Of a stretch of DNA of 64,000 nucleotides, positions 25,097 through 39,180 are shown in pieces. Location: positions 101,308,001-101,372,000 of the forward strand of contig OX597823.1 in assembly GCA_951406725.2 (NCBI GenBank), given 5' to 3'. Within the stretch, counting starts at the first letter, position 1. Each line of letters begins with the position of its first letter. The notes beneath the pieces are model-generated. The model was given only the letters and a program-made list of their open reading frames with translations. It did not search any database and was not told the DNA's origin. Position numbers and translations under genes: made by a program. The DNA is from Octopus vulgaris. Taxonomy: Eukaryota.

Positions 25097-25978
25097 TTAG
25101 TTGGACTCATTTTGTCACTTGTTCGTAAGAAATACTTCTCTGGTCTTAAACGTTCGCCTCTTTCGCACATATACATATTTCATATTTTTTAAAAATGTTC
25201 TTCCACCATAATATTTGTACAAGATCTCCCAAATTTTTGTAAGAATCTCTCCCATCTACACCCATGACCTGTACACAGAAGTAGTCTCAGCATAGTCACT
25301 ATCTCTGCATGCAAATCTTCTTCAATTACGCTGCTGCCTTGAAAAGGGAAGGGCACCTTTTATAATGTTGTCCCATATACGCAAAGAAAGGGTGGGGGGT
25401 TTTCATGGTTGGGAGTCATTGTTCATAATTCTGCTCAGCCTAAGAATTGTAGGTGATATTATATATTAGAAATAGCAACCAAATCTTCTTCGAATTACTC
25501 TCAACAGCTGTAAAAAAAGGGGGACTTCGTTCGTACAGTGTCATTTTTATAATATAAAGAAATAACAATGGTTCACTTTATATGGATGTGTACAACTATC
25601 ATTTGTATGGCAGTATAACAAATACGGTTCTCATCTGAAAGCGGCAGGGGCAGTGCAAAATCTTTGAATGTTTTATTTAGTTTGCGGTGACGTATTCAAG
25701 GCAATCCATTATTAAGGGATGGGCTCTTTTAAACTGAATTGTCCTTACTGAACAACACGAAAGTCAAAGTTCTTTTCAACTGAGATCTAACGATTGATCA
25801 GCGTCGGGTCTGTCATCAATGGCTTTTGCGGATAGGATGATAGTATTTGAAAGAAGGTGACGTGTTCCTTTTAGAAGGGAGAATGGCTTTGCGTCAAAGT
25901 GCCTATCCTGGTCGTGTGTAAGAGAACCTATGTTTCGAGCTCTCCACCATGAGTGGACGACTGGGACTAGTGTTTCAT

Positions 25979-26017
<39 letters not shown>

Positions 26018-26427
26018 TTCAATATATGTTCATTATTTATTGACCGGTAGAAGTATCCCCATGCTACGACACCTATCATGCTTCGTTTTCCGCCGCTCAT
26101 ATTTAGTGCCCACTCAAGGCAGTTAAATTTCTTCAAGTGTTATATCTTATAATAAGGTTGATTTCTAATTGTGACTAGGCAAGCAAACTTTTTCACAAGC
26201 TCGGGCCTTAAAAGGCTGCTAAACTTATTTATTTTTGTTACGTTATCGCCATCATTAATTGTGAACTTGTATGTCGTCACATCACATGCTAAGAAAGTAA
26301 CGAAATGCCTCTCAAATGACAACTACCGCCGTAAAAAGAGATATATTTAATGATTTACACTCAGATATACTGTCTAAAAAGAAAAGAAAAGAAAATCAGG
26401 AAGGGTCACGGCTAGAATGCTTTAGAT

Positions 26428-27621
26428 CAGCGATCCTCAAACCTTTTGCTTCAGAGACCAGTTTCATACAAAACCCAATAAAGTGTGTTGCACTATATGT
26501 AATAATTTAACTATTACATATATAATACATACATTACGTTATTATCCACTCTTCCAAACTTCCAACAGATGCCGCCTCATTCTGTTTTCTTAAACGACAT
26601 ATTCACTGTTTATTTCCTGTGCATTATTCTATGTACTCTTTATGCACTTTTGCCTACATTTTCTGATGAGTTGTAGTGTACGTGAGCACATTATACAATA
26701 AGTCCACACAGAAACCATTCGTCTGTTGGTACTGCTAGTGGCTTGGAGGGAGTAGTACGTTCCCTTGCTCCCACTATATTTCAGACACAGAGGGGCAAAG
26801 TACAGTTATCAGCTGAATCTATAATAAAGATTGTGCCGCCCACCGGACTCTCGAAGAAAGGTGAGGCATGTTTCTCCTTACTGTGGCAGTATTGAAAGAG
26901 AGTGTTTGGAAGACAAAACTTCAAGGACTCGTGACGGGAACCTTCATCTCTGGCCCCGGATTGCTCACTTTCCTCAGATATTATCTAAAGAGCGACATAG
27001 GGCTGGAGAGGAGATGACTTTCGCGATCTGTGTTTGACAAAAGATGGAAGGCTTTGGTAAGAAAGGTGGGTAGAAGTGACTCTGCTTAATCCTCATGTGA
27101 AAAGGAAAAGGTATAGTCGCTGGGCTTTTCAGCCCATTAAGTTTAATCCCCACCACCAAAAGTCAAATTTAATTATATATCATTCAAAATTTTAAAAAGC
27201 CAAGTATCATTCAAACTCATAATAACAATAATTGTTTGTATTGTCCTGTTTTGTCTCATCTGTGTACGATATTAATTATCCTAATAAAAAATTCATCTCT
27301 AGACGGCAGTTGTCCAGCACCAAGGACGGGAACTTACCCAGAAACCTTTGGTCTGTTTGTACTGCTCTTGGCTGGGGGGAGCAGTGCGCTCCCTTGCTCA
27401 CAATATATTTCAGACATAGATTGTGTGTCGATAACCAGCTGGAAAAGATGTTTTCCTGGAGTTAAAAGGTAGTAACATGGTCCTACGTAGGACTACCACC
27501 TTACGGTGGCAAATAGATTTTACAACTGTTATTATTGTTTTTATTATATATAATGCAAAGACGCCTTGCAGGCCGCGGCTTGTTACCAAATGATCCACTG
27601 CTCAGTGAATGGGGACCCCTG
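26428..27621. mobile_element. Non-autonomous hAT/Charlie-type element with imperfect TIRs and 8-bp TSD
   Basis: Ends cagcgatcctcaaacctttt and ggggacccctg; flanks ctttagat and tttcagat (6/8, resembling the Charlie NTCTAGAN target). Confidence 0.6.
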
Positions 27622-28128
27622 TTTCAGATGATAGAATCCCTTGATCAGGTAGACCTGCTCTTGGCACAAAAAGAAAAAGTGAAAGAAAGTGAAAACGAAG
27701 ACTACGATTAATTAGAAACTGCTTCGTCGTGTTTTCCATCACTCATAACTAAGATATGAAGGTTTGTTGTTAAATCTCGGTTGGTGAGATTAATTTCGAA
27801 ACTAAATCAAACATCCGTTTCTGAACGTCGTCCATCAGCGCCACCACCACGACCGGCAATACAACATCGCCACCATCACCAACATCCTCAGCATCATCTT
27901 CAACATTAATGAGGCTCCTGTCCACCCCACACTCTTTTGTCGACTTAAATGTATCTAAATATTATTTCACCACCGCCGCCGCCGCCGCCACCTATGTGTT
28001 ATTATTTTATTAATAAGTCGCCTGGGCGAATGTAATTTTGATCAGCTGGAGCAAGATATAATTGTGCTTACACATGTCGTTAAATTTATAACCCCCACCG
28101 CACATAAACACTATGTACATACATATAT

Positions 28129-28234
<106 letters not shown>

Positions 28235-28251
28235 CACGCATATATATATAT

Positions 28252-28313
<62 letters not shown>

Positions 28314-28697
28314 GTGTGTGTGTTTTCTTTCTGTTACTTTATAATAAAAAACGCATAATAGTATCTCTATGTCTGGACTTGTACTAGTTCTGGTTATCGG
28401 TCGGAAGAGAAAGAAGTGGGGCGGAGAGGAAGAAGAAGAAGAAGAAGAAGAAGAAGAAAATTAAACTGATGCAACAAACATAACTTTGATGTATGATTCT
28501 TGACTAAAAAGATAAACATGCCAGGTGCACTTGTGGTATACACATTAATTGTAAGCATGTATGTATGAATGTATGTGTACATGTATATACACATGTATGT
28601 ATGACTATATATATGTTTGTATGCCTGTATGTATAGATATATATGAATATACATAAATACGCACTAATATATATGTACACACGCAAACAACCCCCCC

Positions 28698-28745
<48 letters not shown>

Positions 28746-28938
28746 CACACGCATTTGTACCTCTGTGTGTATATATACTTATATACGTTGGTATAAGTAA
28801 GTAAACATACATATATAGAGATAGACAGATGCATACAGATGGTATAGCTCTTTCTCTCTCTCTGTCTTCCTCTATATATTCTTTTATTCTCTTACTTTTT
28901 TTCGGTCATTTGACTGCAGCCATGCTGGAGCACTGCCT

Positions 28939-28981
<43 letters not shown>

Positions 28982-29430
28982 CACACACATACATTTATAT
29001 GTACATACATATACAGGTATGTGTGTGTATGTGAATTTATTATAAAGACTGTGATTATGAAGTCAATTGTTGCTGTTAGTTTATTTATCTTATTGGTTGA
29101 AATATACGATGAGGTGAATCTAGGTAAGAGACAGATGGAGATGGATATAAAGCAGCGACGAAATACATGAAACCTATGGCACCATAATAATGATCATGTA
29201 TATTATGTCACGTTTGCAAGAGTTTTATTTTTTGTTTACTGATTTGTGTCAGTCATTGCGCTGTTGTGGCACAGTCTAAAATGGTTTAAACGAACAAAAG
29301 AACAACAGTGTTTATTCTATGCTTTCTTCTTGTAGCATTGTTTTCGTTTTGCCGAACTTGCACCAGTTATGAAGCAGTCGAGGTACAAGCAGAAACCCAA
29401 AGATGCACCTTCGCAAAAGATATATGTATA

Positions 29431-29842
29431 TAATGATGGCTGCCCCCTCGTTATCGAGTATGGCCATCACACGAGGCTTAGCTATTAACGGTGCTGTGAG
29501 GGGATGTGACTTTTTGCCCAGCTAATGTCTTGTACAATGTCTTGTACAAAATTGGCAACTAAAACCTTTCCTGACAATAGCCGGCTGTAGTTATAATTGG
29601 GCTTCATGTACCTTTGCATGTCGTTTAAGTCCTCCCGCTGAATCACACTCAGTTCCACATGCCTGACAGATATGATTAGTATGGTGTCTAACACCACCAC
29701 CACCACCACCACTAGCCAGGTTGTCACTCATCTGTCTCGCTTTATGACCACGAAGATGACACTTGAGTCCAGCTTTACTGAGGCAGGATCTTGCACAGAC
29801 ACTGCACGTCAGCATCATAAGAAAACCCTTACCGTCTGGAAG
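29431..29842 (-). mobile_element. 3' fragment of the triple-C2H2 RTE family
   Basis: ORF 29591-29818 (CSVCARSCLSKAGLKCHLRGH, CQACGTECDSAGGLKRHAKVH) and the 3' UTR match 42800-43200. Confidence 0.85.
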
Positions 29843-29873
29843 TGTATATTGCTATAGTATACATACATGTATA

Positions 29874-29950
<77 letters not shown>

Positions 29951-30293
29951 GTTATTACATATTTCTCGCCCAGAGAGATTTAAACTAGTTGTTTTTCTCT
30001 TTATGTGATCAGTGACTGTGTCAGTTTAAAAGTATATACTGTGAGCGAAGTGAATCACTCCCATCTCTAGCCAGCAATTGTCCTGCACCGAGGAAGAGAA
30101 ATAACCCGGAAACCATTGGTCTGCAGGTATCGCTAAGGCTGTAGGAGGAGCATTATCTCCCTTACTCACAGTATGCAGACACACATGATGTGTTGGTAGC
30201 CAGATGGAAAAGATGTCTTCCTGGGGGGGGGGGCTAAACATTAGTAACATCCTTCTATTCAGGACTGCCACTTTACGTTGGCAAAAGGAGTTT

Positions 30294-30355
<62 letters not shown>

Positions 30356-31429
30356 TGAAAAAAGGGGGTCGAATTAATTAATTATTAATAAATTCGACCA
30401 TATAATTATATATAAATGTGTTTTGTGTGAAATGTGTTTTAGTGAGCGTTGTGAGTTGATGTGCGTTGGCTGTTATGTGTTGGTGAATGTTGTGCGTTGT
30501 AGGGTGCTGTATGTTGTTGGTGTTATGTACTGTTGATGTGTTTGATGTACCGGTGAGTGTTCTGTTATGTGTTGTGTGATGGTGGGTGTATTAGGAGTCA
30601 TTTTTGGTGAATGTTTCGTGTTTATAAATGCAGAGCATTGACTGGCAAGTAGTTTGTATTGATGGGTCTTGTGTGTCGGATGCTTTTATCTGTTGGTGAA
30701 TATTTTATATTGCTGCGAGTTATAAATGCAAACAAGATTGTCGAGCTTAGCAATTAAGATTGGAATTAGTAACGATTGAAATTTTCACAATAGAATGAAC
30801 AATACAACTGCACAGCGAAACGATACTATCGTATAATATATACATCATAAACATAGCAATTTCTCCTAGTCAACACTGAGCTGTGTATTGTCATATTTGT
30901 GCTTTATAGAGGACCAACAAATACCTAGGTAAATCAAAGGTATTTTCTGGCCCTGATGTTGACAAAACAAATGCTGTCGGGAACTGTCTTTGTTATATTT
31001 TATAAGGCCTGGAGCTTAGCAATTGTGTTAAGCAGATGGGAAACAATTATATTCCGGATATCAGGTAATATTAATACTTTCAATTGATGCATCGCTTATT
31101 GTCTAAATTTCCTTTTGCAGCAATATGAGAGAAAATATACTGCCAGGAATAATACACAGTGATATACTAACGACAGACTTTTACATAACACCCATGAGCT
31201 GGTAGTTCATGTACATGTGCGCGCACGCACAAGCGCACGCACACACACACACACACACACACACATACAGATATATACATGCACAGAAGTACATAAATGT
31301 AGACTGATAGTTATGTATATCTATGTATGTACGTACGTATGTATGTATGTATGTATGTATGTATGTATGTATGTATGTATGTATGTATGTATGTATGTAT
31401 GTATGTATGTGCGTATCTTTATCTTTATC

Positions 31430-31763
31430 TTCTCTATGTTTCAGTCAAATGACTGCGGCCATGCTGTGGCACCACCTTCAAGGTTTTTACTCAAACAAAT
31501 CGACCAAAAGGTCATATTTTTTTAAGCCTAGTATTATTCTATCCATTCTTTTGCAGAACGTAAAAATATCAGCACCGGTTGTCAAGAGGTGTTGGGGACA
31601 AACACAGACACAAACACATAGATACATACATACATAAATACGACGGGCTTCTTTCAGTTTCCGTCCACCAAATCCCTTCATAAGACTTCGGTCAATCAAG
31701 GTGTCACGCAGTAGGACATAACCCAGAACTTGTGGCTGGGAAGCAATCTTCTTACCATGCAGC
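31430..31763 (-). mobile_element. tRNA-derived SINE, family B (internal microsatellite), diverged
   Basis: Colinear with the copy at 57157-57598 (tgactgcggccatgctg, gacgggcttctttcagtttccgtc). Confidence 0.8.
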
Positions 31764-31852
31764 GTATACATACATACATACATACATACTTACATACATA
31801 CATACTTTCATATATACATACATTCATACATACATATGCAGACGCATGTATT

Positions 31853-31888
<36 letters not shown>

Positions 31889-32332
31889 CATGTATGTATG
31901 TATGTATGTATGTATGTATGTATGTATGTATGTATGTATGTGTGTGTAGTAAGAAAAGGGAAGAGGAGAATTTTGATTGTCCTGACGTGATGAGTTGTAA
32001 TACCAAATATATATATATAAATAAAAGAAGGAAAATGCACACAGTTTACATAGTTTTAATATATTTTTAATGTATTTTTTAAGTGAAAGACTATTGTGTT
32101 TGTCGACCGGCTTCGCTTTCGCTAATCATGAGATCGAATTTATTGTAATGTATTTTCTTAAGAAGATTTTAGTCTATGTTCTTGGATGGAAGTTTGTGAA
32201 TGAATCAAAAAGTATAAAATTTAAGCGGGGAGGGGTAATTGGTGATCGTCATTATTCGGGGCAGGAGAGGCAATTGCTAATTTTTTTTTGGCGCGGGATA
32301 AATAAACATACTAAATCTCAAAAACTAAAGTA

Positions 32333-32381
<49 letters not shown>

Positions 32382-32384
32382 GTG

Positions 32385-32438
<54 letters not shown>

Positions 32439-33009
32439 AAATGGATAAATGAATTATCTTGTTAAGGATTATTCAAAATTTAACCGATACCTAGGTAGCA
32501 AAAATCACAACAGAAAAAACACGGTTGAAGTTACGACCATGGGGTGTCGCAACCGTGCCTTAGCGCGGATAATTGAAGTTTATGGTCTCCTTATTCAATC
32601 CGAATTTGGAAATTTGCGGCCTTTGAAACATGTGTAGAAAATAATAAAAGGAATTCTGTAGAATCTTCGTTCAGCTCCATTTCTTCCCTTCACTAAATAT
32701 ATATATATATATATGTATGTATATACATGCATACACTCGCACGCATGCACACATACACACACGCGCATAAACGAACCGAAGAACAACTCAGCTAGTTCCA
32801 CCACATCGTATCCAATCGAATCAGTAAAATTTAATTTATTCGTTCTGCAAAATTATTCAAAAGCAGTAGACATCAGCAGTGATGTTGCTGACAGGCAAAT
32901 GAATAAAACAAAATAATCTAATGAAAAGTTACTAAATAAGACCAAATTATATTGTTATTATATGAGATAGGTTCAGAAATTACTAGAGTTTTACCAAGTA
33001 TGAACTAAT

Positions 33010-33228
33010 ATCATTTCAAATTTTGGCTCAAGGCCAGCAATTTCGGGGGACGGGATAAGTCGATCACATCGGCCCCAGTGCTCAGCTGGTAATTTATTTT
33101 ATTGAACCCAAGAGGATGAAAGGCAAAGTCAGCCTCGGCAAAATTTGAACTCAGACCATAATGGGTCAGAAGAGATGCTGCTAAGCATTTTGCCTGGAGC
33201 AGTAATGATTCTACCAGTTCGCCACCTT
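33010..33228 (-). mobile_element. Full-length SINE family A
   Basis: aggatgaaaggcaaagtcagcctcggcaaaatttgaactcag core and gattctaccagttcgccacc head complement. Confidence 0.78.
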
Positions 33229-34639
33229 TGGAAGCATGTAGTGATATTTCTGGAAATTTTCATAGAAATAATTAGGTATAATGTGAACATTTAGGCAATT
33301 GTTTTATTTATATGTAAGCCTAGCTGCTTTGAATCATCGCTATTTACACCATTTTCGGGCCCCATTGCTGATATTGTCTGTGGTTTTATGGGGCGACATT
33401 AATGAAATAAGTTCTTCATTGATGTTCGTCGAATTCTTAGAGTTGTGTTATCCATAGTATCAATATATTTTCATAAGTAGTTGTATGCTACCCACTCTCT
33501 CTCTTATTCTGTCTCTTTTCTTCGCTCTCACTCTCTCTCCTCTCTCTCCCTCTCTCTCTCCCTCTCTCCACTCTCTCTCTCCACACACACACTCTCTCTC
33601 TCTCTCTTTAACTACTGATGAGCAGGTAATGAACAGATGAAGCTAGGTACCTGGGGTGGTGTTAAACTTGGCGATTAGTTAAATTTACCACCCACATAGC
33701 CCATGGCAGGATTTTAACCCAGAACACCAAGAGCCGGAACAAATACCGCAAGGTATCCAGTCTGACGTTCTTTCAGATCCACTAATCCATCCCATCAGAT
33801 TGGTACTTTTTATCGACCTCCAAAGACGACTGGTAAATTTGACTTCATCATGATTTGAAACCAGAGTACTGAGAATCGGGACGCATACGCCGATCCATTC
33901 CGCCCAACTCTTTAACAACTCTGCCAGTTTGCCGCTTTCAGTATTAAGGCGAGGTGATTTGAAGCTAGAGAACCGTAGGTTTAATGGGTAAGTCTTTCAA
34001 CTGGGCTACCTCAAGTCTAAGTATCCAAAACGATCAGATCAGAATTATAGAAGTGATAGACCATTAAAGAGAGGTGTTCTGGACATGGTAACATGCTGTC
34101 CTGAATTACTGCGTGAGAGAAGCCTCAAGCAAACGTCGACAATATTAGGTGCATCCATCCAAAAGCAACCAGTGCACCAAGAAGAATCACAACTTGCTTG
34201 TTTGTTATAGATGTAGCATTTGCTGTCCTATTTTTCACGGCTTCTTTTTAACTGAATTACTAGTGAGTAGGCTTGTGCACCCATGACTGAAGTCATTTTA
34301 ACCTGGTTCATAATTTTACAATAGAATTGACCTTAATCATGCTTTCTAATATTGTAATTTCATCTGCCCTGTACATCATAATCGGTTAACAGCACATTAC
34401 GTGGTTTATCTAAAAGTATTAATTGCTTAAAAGGTGCAACTACGAATCTCTGAATTCTTCTGTCGCTTGGCAATGTTTATGACTTTCTTTTTGTTGTGTC
34501 ATTGTTAAAAATAGCCGATCACTTTTGTAACTCTATTTACGCAATATCACAATAAATCCGTTTAGAGTTACATATTTTAGGAACTTATGTAGAACACTAA
34601 CCGAGGAGTAACAATATACGTTCATATGTATATCGACTC

Positions 34640-35280
34640 CTTGGGTTGTCCTAGCTTTGTGACACAACACAGAGACTTGTCGGAAGATGTGCAGTCTTCC
34701 ATTGTGTACCCTGTCGATCCAAATCCTCACAACTTTCTCCAACACCTCTGTGTAGACAGCGGCATTGACACTTAAGCCCGCTGATAAAAAGTGACGAAGC
34801 GGGACATCTTCCTCATTCCTCGCGGCCCACAGACCATCACAGTTGTCGGGAACTTAGTATGCATGACTTTTGGAAACTCATTCGTTTCTCTGCGTAACCA
34901 TCTCTTGTTCATTCAGTTTACCTTTTGGTCCCAATCGAATTTTTTCTCATGGGAGAAAAACCAAAGCACTCCAGCCTCTTAGTGTTTTAACTTGTTTAGC
35001 AAGCGCTTTACACCAATCGAACTTTTCTCTCTTGTCACATCCGACATAAAATGATCCCTCCGTATCACATACGACTTGTACCGGATGTCCTCAAGGTGCA
35101 CTCTGAAACGAGGACATTTGCAATGACCAATTACCGAGGAATTTATCGATTATTTCTTGGACTTCAAGTACAAAGTTGTGTATTCGGATGGTTATTAGGA
35201 TGAGTTGAGTTTTGTGCTTAGTTGCAGATACAGCATCCCCATCCGCAGCTTCCAACTCGTTTCGAACTTTCACAATGAAG
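34640..35280 (-). pseudogene. Degenerate Tc1/mariner-superfamily transposase, maT/DD37D-like
   Basis: Minus-strand translation KFPTTVMV...GLSVNAAVYTEVLEKVVRIWIDRVHNGRLHIFRQ..CHKARTTQ resembles the region around the second catalytic Asp of maT transposases. Confidence 0.65.
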
Positions 35281-35282
35281 GA

Positions 35283-35450
35283 TTCAATGCTGGTGTGTCT
35301 ACGTCCCCGTAACTTAGCGGTTCGGCAAAAGAGACCGATAGAATAAGTACTAGGCTTACAAAGCATAAGTCCTGGGGTCGATTTCCGCAACTAAAGGTGG
35401 TACTCCATCATAGCCACAGTCAAATGACCGAAACAAGTAAAAGAGTATAT
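35283..35450 (+). mobile_element. 3' half of SINE family B
   Basis: acgtccccgtaacttagcggttcggcaaaagagaccgatagaataagtactaggcttac. Similar halves occur at about 47110-47300 and 48160-48385. Confidence 0.8.
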
Positions 35451-36525
35451 ATCTAAATATATACATGAATTTACTGTTGTACCCTTGGGAGCTTTCTTTA
35501 CTAATAAAATGACCCTCCTAACATACAACATCTGATTCATCAAACGATTGCGCATTAAAAGTAAAACAAACTCAAAAATATGCTTAAACAAAAACGAAAT
35601 GTGTTTCTGCCTCCGTATGAGAGTGTGCGTGTGTGTATATATGTATAATTTGTATGTGTATGGGTGTGAATATAAGCATATGTATGAGTGTGTGCGCGCA
35701 CGGTAATGAGTGTAGTAAATATATGAAATTTGGAATTTTTAGAGGTTGTGACATTCGCAGTTTCCAAAAGCATTCGTGACATAAAAATAAAGTTGTTCCA
35801 ACTTGAACCAAAATGAACCTGGTTCACCGAGTGCTTACATGTGCACGATTTAATTAATTATGTTTATTCTGAAAATGTTGATAGGTCTGTAATGATCATT
35901 AGCATCATTATCCTCATGACCTGATCTGATCATCGTCATCGTCATCGTCATCAGTATACTCATCATCATACTCGGTGGTTGTGGGGCGTCAACATGGTTG
36001 ACGTTATCATCATTATCGTCGTCGTTGTCAATATCATTACTATCATATCATCGTCGTTGTCGTTGACGTCACAACCTTCGTCGTCGCTGCCAATCTCATT
36101 ATCATATCAGCATTACCATCGACGTCATCATTATCATCATCGTCGTCGTCAAGTCGTCGTGTTCCTCCTCCTCCTCCTCCACCCCCTCCACCCTTTCTCC
36201 TCCTCCTCATCATCATCATCACTAGCAACATCAACAACGATGTTGTCCCAACGAGTAAGATATCACTTGGTAACACTACTGAAATATCTACCAAAAGAGA
36301 AAAATGACGACAACCACGGTCAAATATTTTTGATTAAACAAGCAAACGTCAAACATAACACTTATCTGTAAACAGCCTCGCAAAGACCCACAATTACGTT
36401 CACCACATGTTAATGTTTTCTAACCACACCTTCAAGTCCATATTGAAAGATAAACATGTAACATATTTTCCAAAAAAATCTACAAAAAAATCTAGGCGCA
36501 GGCATGGCTGTGTGCTTAAGAAGTA

Positions 36526-37196
36526 TCCTTAATTTTTTTGTTTGTGCAGGGCGTGGTAGGGAAAATTTTCGATGTGGTAGCAGAATTCGTCGAGATCTTT
36601 ATTTCTTTCTTTGTGGGGGATGTGTTCACTTCTGTTTTTGCCTAGTGAATCATCTTCGCTATTATAATCAGCCGGTGCTTCTGTAAGCCTTAATTTCCTA
36701 CAGAATTCTGAAACATTGTCCTTGATCTCATTTTGGTTAGTTCTGTTGGGGTGAATTTTAACCCTTTAGATAGGATATCGATCGTTGTGGATGTGAGGGG
36801 TTTATATGACAAGTTAATTACCTTTGGTTTCTCTTGTGTATCAAGTTCCAACCTGGTCCTGTTTTTTCTGGTCTGGGGCTAAAAATGTGGTTGAGGTTGT
36901 GTTGGTACGAAACGTCCGTGGGCAAGTAGGGGTTAGGGTTGGGTGTTTGGGGATGTTGTTGTCTTGTGGGGTTGTTTTGCGTGTGTAGATGTTCTTTGAC
37001 TGGTATTGTGTTATTCCAAAATGCGTCCCGTTTTCCCTGTTCTGGGGCCAGAAAATGTTGGTTCTTGTTTTATTAGTATGACCTGTCGGTGTAAAAGTAG
37101 GGATTTGGTGTGGGTGTTGAACTCTTGGATTGCTTTGTGTGTATGGGTGTTTACAGGTTGTTAGTTTAGCATTATGTGGGGGGTTCGGTGTTCCAG
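36526..37196 (-). pseudogene. Penelope-like element, N-terminal ORF region (inverted relative to the C-terminal part)
   Basis: Manual translation of about 36830-36680 gives KPKVINLSYKPLTSTTIDILSKGLKFTPT...EIKDNVSEFCRKLRLTE, the conserved pre-RT motif of PLEs. Confidence 0.75.
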
Positions 37197-38120
37197 AGCA
37201 AGCACTACACAACTCATAAATGAAGGGATTAAACGTGCAAAATCGATTGATATTAAAACATTAAGAAAAACCAAACATAACAACACACCTACCCTTAAAA
37301 CTACCTTATGTCTCTACATACAATCCCAGAAACAAAGAAGCGTTCAATATCATCGTCCCAAATCATCCAATACTCCATAAGGACCCCAAACTTAGGAAAT
37401 TCTACGTAGCCATAAAATCATTAAGAGTAGCAAACAGTCTAGGACATTAAAGAATATCCTCACAAATGTCAAACTATTCTCTACAACAACGGACGCAAAA
37501 GTCGAAAAATGTGGTCGCCCTAATTGCGGAACATGTCTCAATCTGTTAAACAGATCGGAATTCCATTTCAGACAAGGTCAAATATTCAAAATGAAATCAA
37601 ACTCCACTTGCGCCTCCCAAAACCTTATTTACGCAATCAGATGCTCGGGCTGCCATCGAAACTATATTGGTCCGACAGGAATGTCAATCAGACAGATGTA
37701 CAGTCCACAGACAACAAATATCCTCCCCACAATATCACCAAATATATCTCAGTCAACACATTGACGAATATGCAGAACGGTTACAACCACAATTCGTAAT
37801 TTTCCCATTTTATCAACTTGCTTTCTGGACCTCAACACAAGTAAGACTGAATAAAGTAAGACTCAATAAAGGAGCTTCATTTATCCAAAAATATAAACCA
37901 GAAATAAATATGAACCCATATTAAAAATAAAAGACTTTTCCCTTCTATTGTAAGATATAAGCCAGAATAAAACAGACCAAAAATAAAAATTACAGATTTA
38001 CCTCTCCTTTACTGTAAAATGAATGAGTGAACAATTATCTCCTCTAGTAATATGTCTTATCCCTAGCAATATGTCTATTTTCCAACCCTTAGCTTGATGA
38101 GCAATGCGAAACCGGTTCTT
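37197..38120 (+). mobile_element. Penelope-like (Neptune-type) 3' part: post-RT linker, Cys-rich motif, GIY-YIG endonuclease and 3' pLTR
   Basis: LINEGIKRAK..YVSTYNPRN; KCGRPNCGTC; NLIYAIRCSGCHRNYIGPTG (37621-37680); HRQQI...LSQHI; FIQKYKPEIN. Frameshifted. Hammerhead-like motif at 38094-38117. Confidence 0.85.
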
Positions 38121-39032
38121 ACTTTAATTATGTTGAAAGAACAAAACCTTATTTTGTACAAAATTGTATAATATATATATATGCACATAGATTCAGAGCA
38201 CATACATACGCGTACTGAAACACATATACGTGCGCATGTATGTATCTACATACGTATGTATATGTATGTACATATATATTTTTCTATGAGTGTGTGTATA
38301 TACATATGCGTATGTAATATACATCCTTGTCATAATGGCTGGTAGAGAAACAACTGAATGGCACTGTTTCTACCGTTAAATGTAACATAATTTCTCCCGA
38401 CCAGTATCTGGAACAGGGGCGAGTTACCGGCATTGCGTCTAATCTAATAATATTACATCAAAGAACGTTTTATTTAATATACGGAAAAATATAATTACAT
38501 TTATTGTGTAAAAATCTAATTATAAATATTAAAGTATAAACCTATACAAACACATACAAACATATACATATATGTTTATATAAATGCACACACAAACGCG
38601 AATACACACATACACGCACACATACACACACATATGCACATGTACACAGGCGTTTATTATGCCGCTTATTCTGATCAAGATTAATGTTATCGACCTTTCA
38701 TTCTTATCAAATTATGTTGATCCCAAACAGTTTGTTAAATGTTATCCGGTTATTTCTATGGAAATGTCTTCTTCGCAAAGTGATCACAGCACACACTCAC
38801 ATATATTAACATGCCTATCTGTCTGCCTGCCTGCCTGCCTGCCTGCCTACCTACCTACCTACCTACCAACGTACATCCATCAATCCATCCATACACACAC
38901 ACCGATACATACATACATACAAAATTACCCTCTTGATATTGTTGAAATTCCAATGAAAACCGGCATTTTCTCTATTGGTAAGAAATCTTGAAATAAAACT
39001 GAATAATGACAGACATAGACACACACATTCAC

Positions 39033-39096
<64 letters not shown>

Positions 39097-39136
39097 CACA
39101 CAGACACAAACACACACACACACACACATACACATA

Positions 39137-39180
<44 letters not shown>

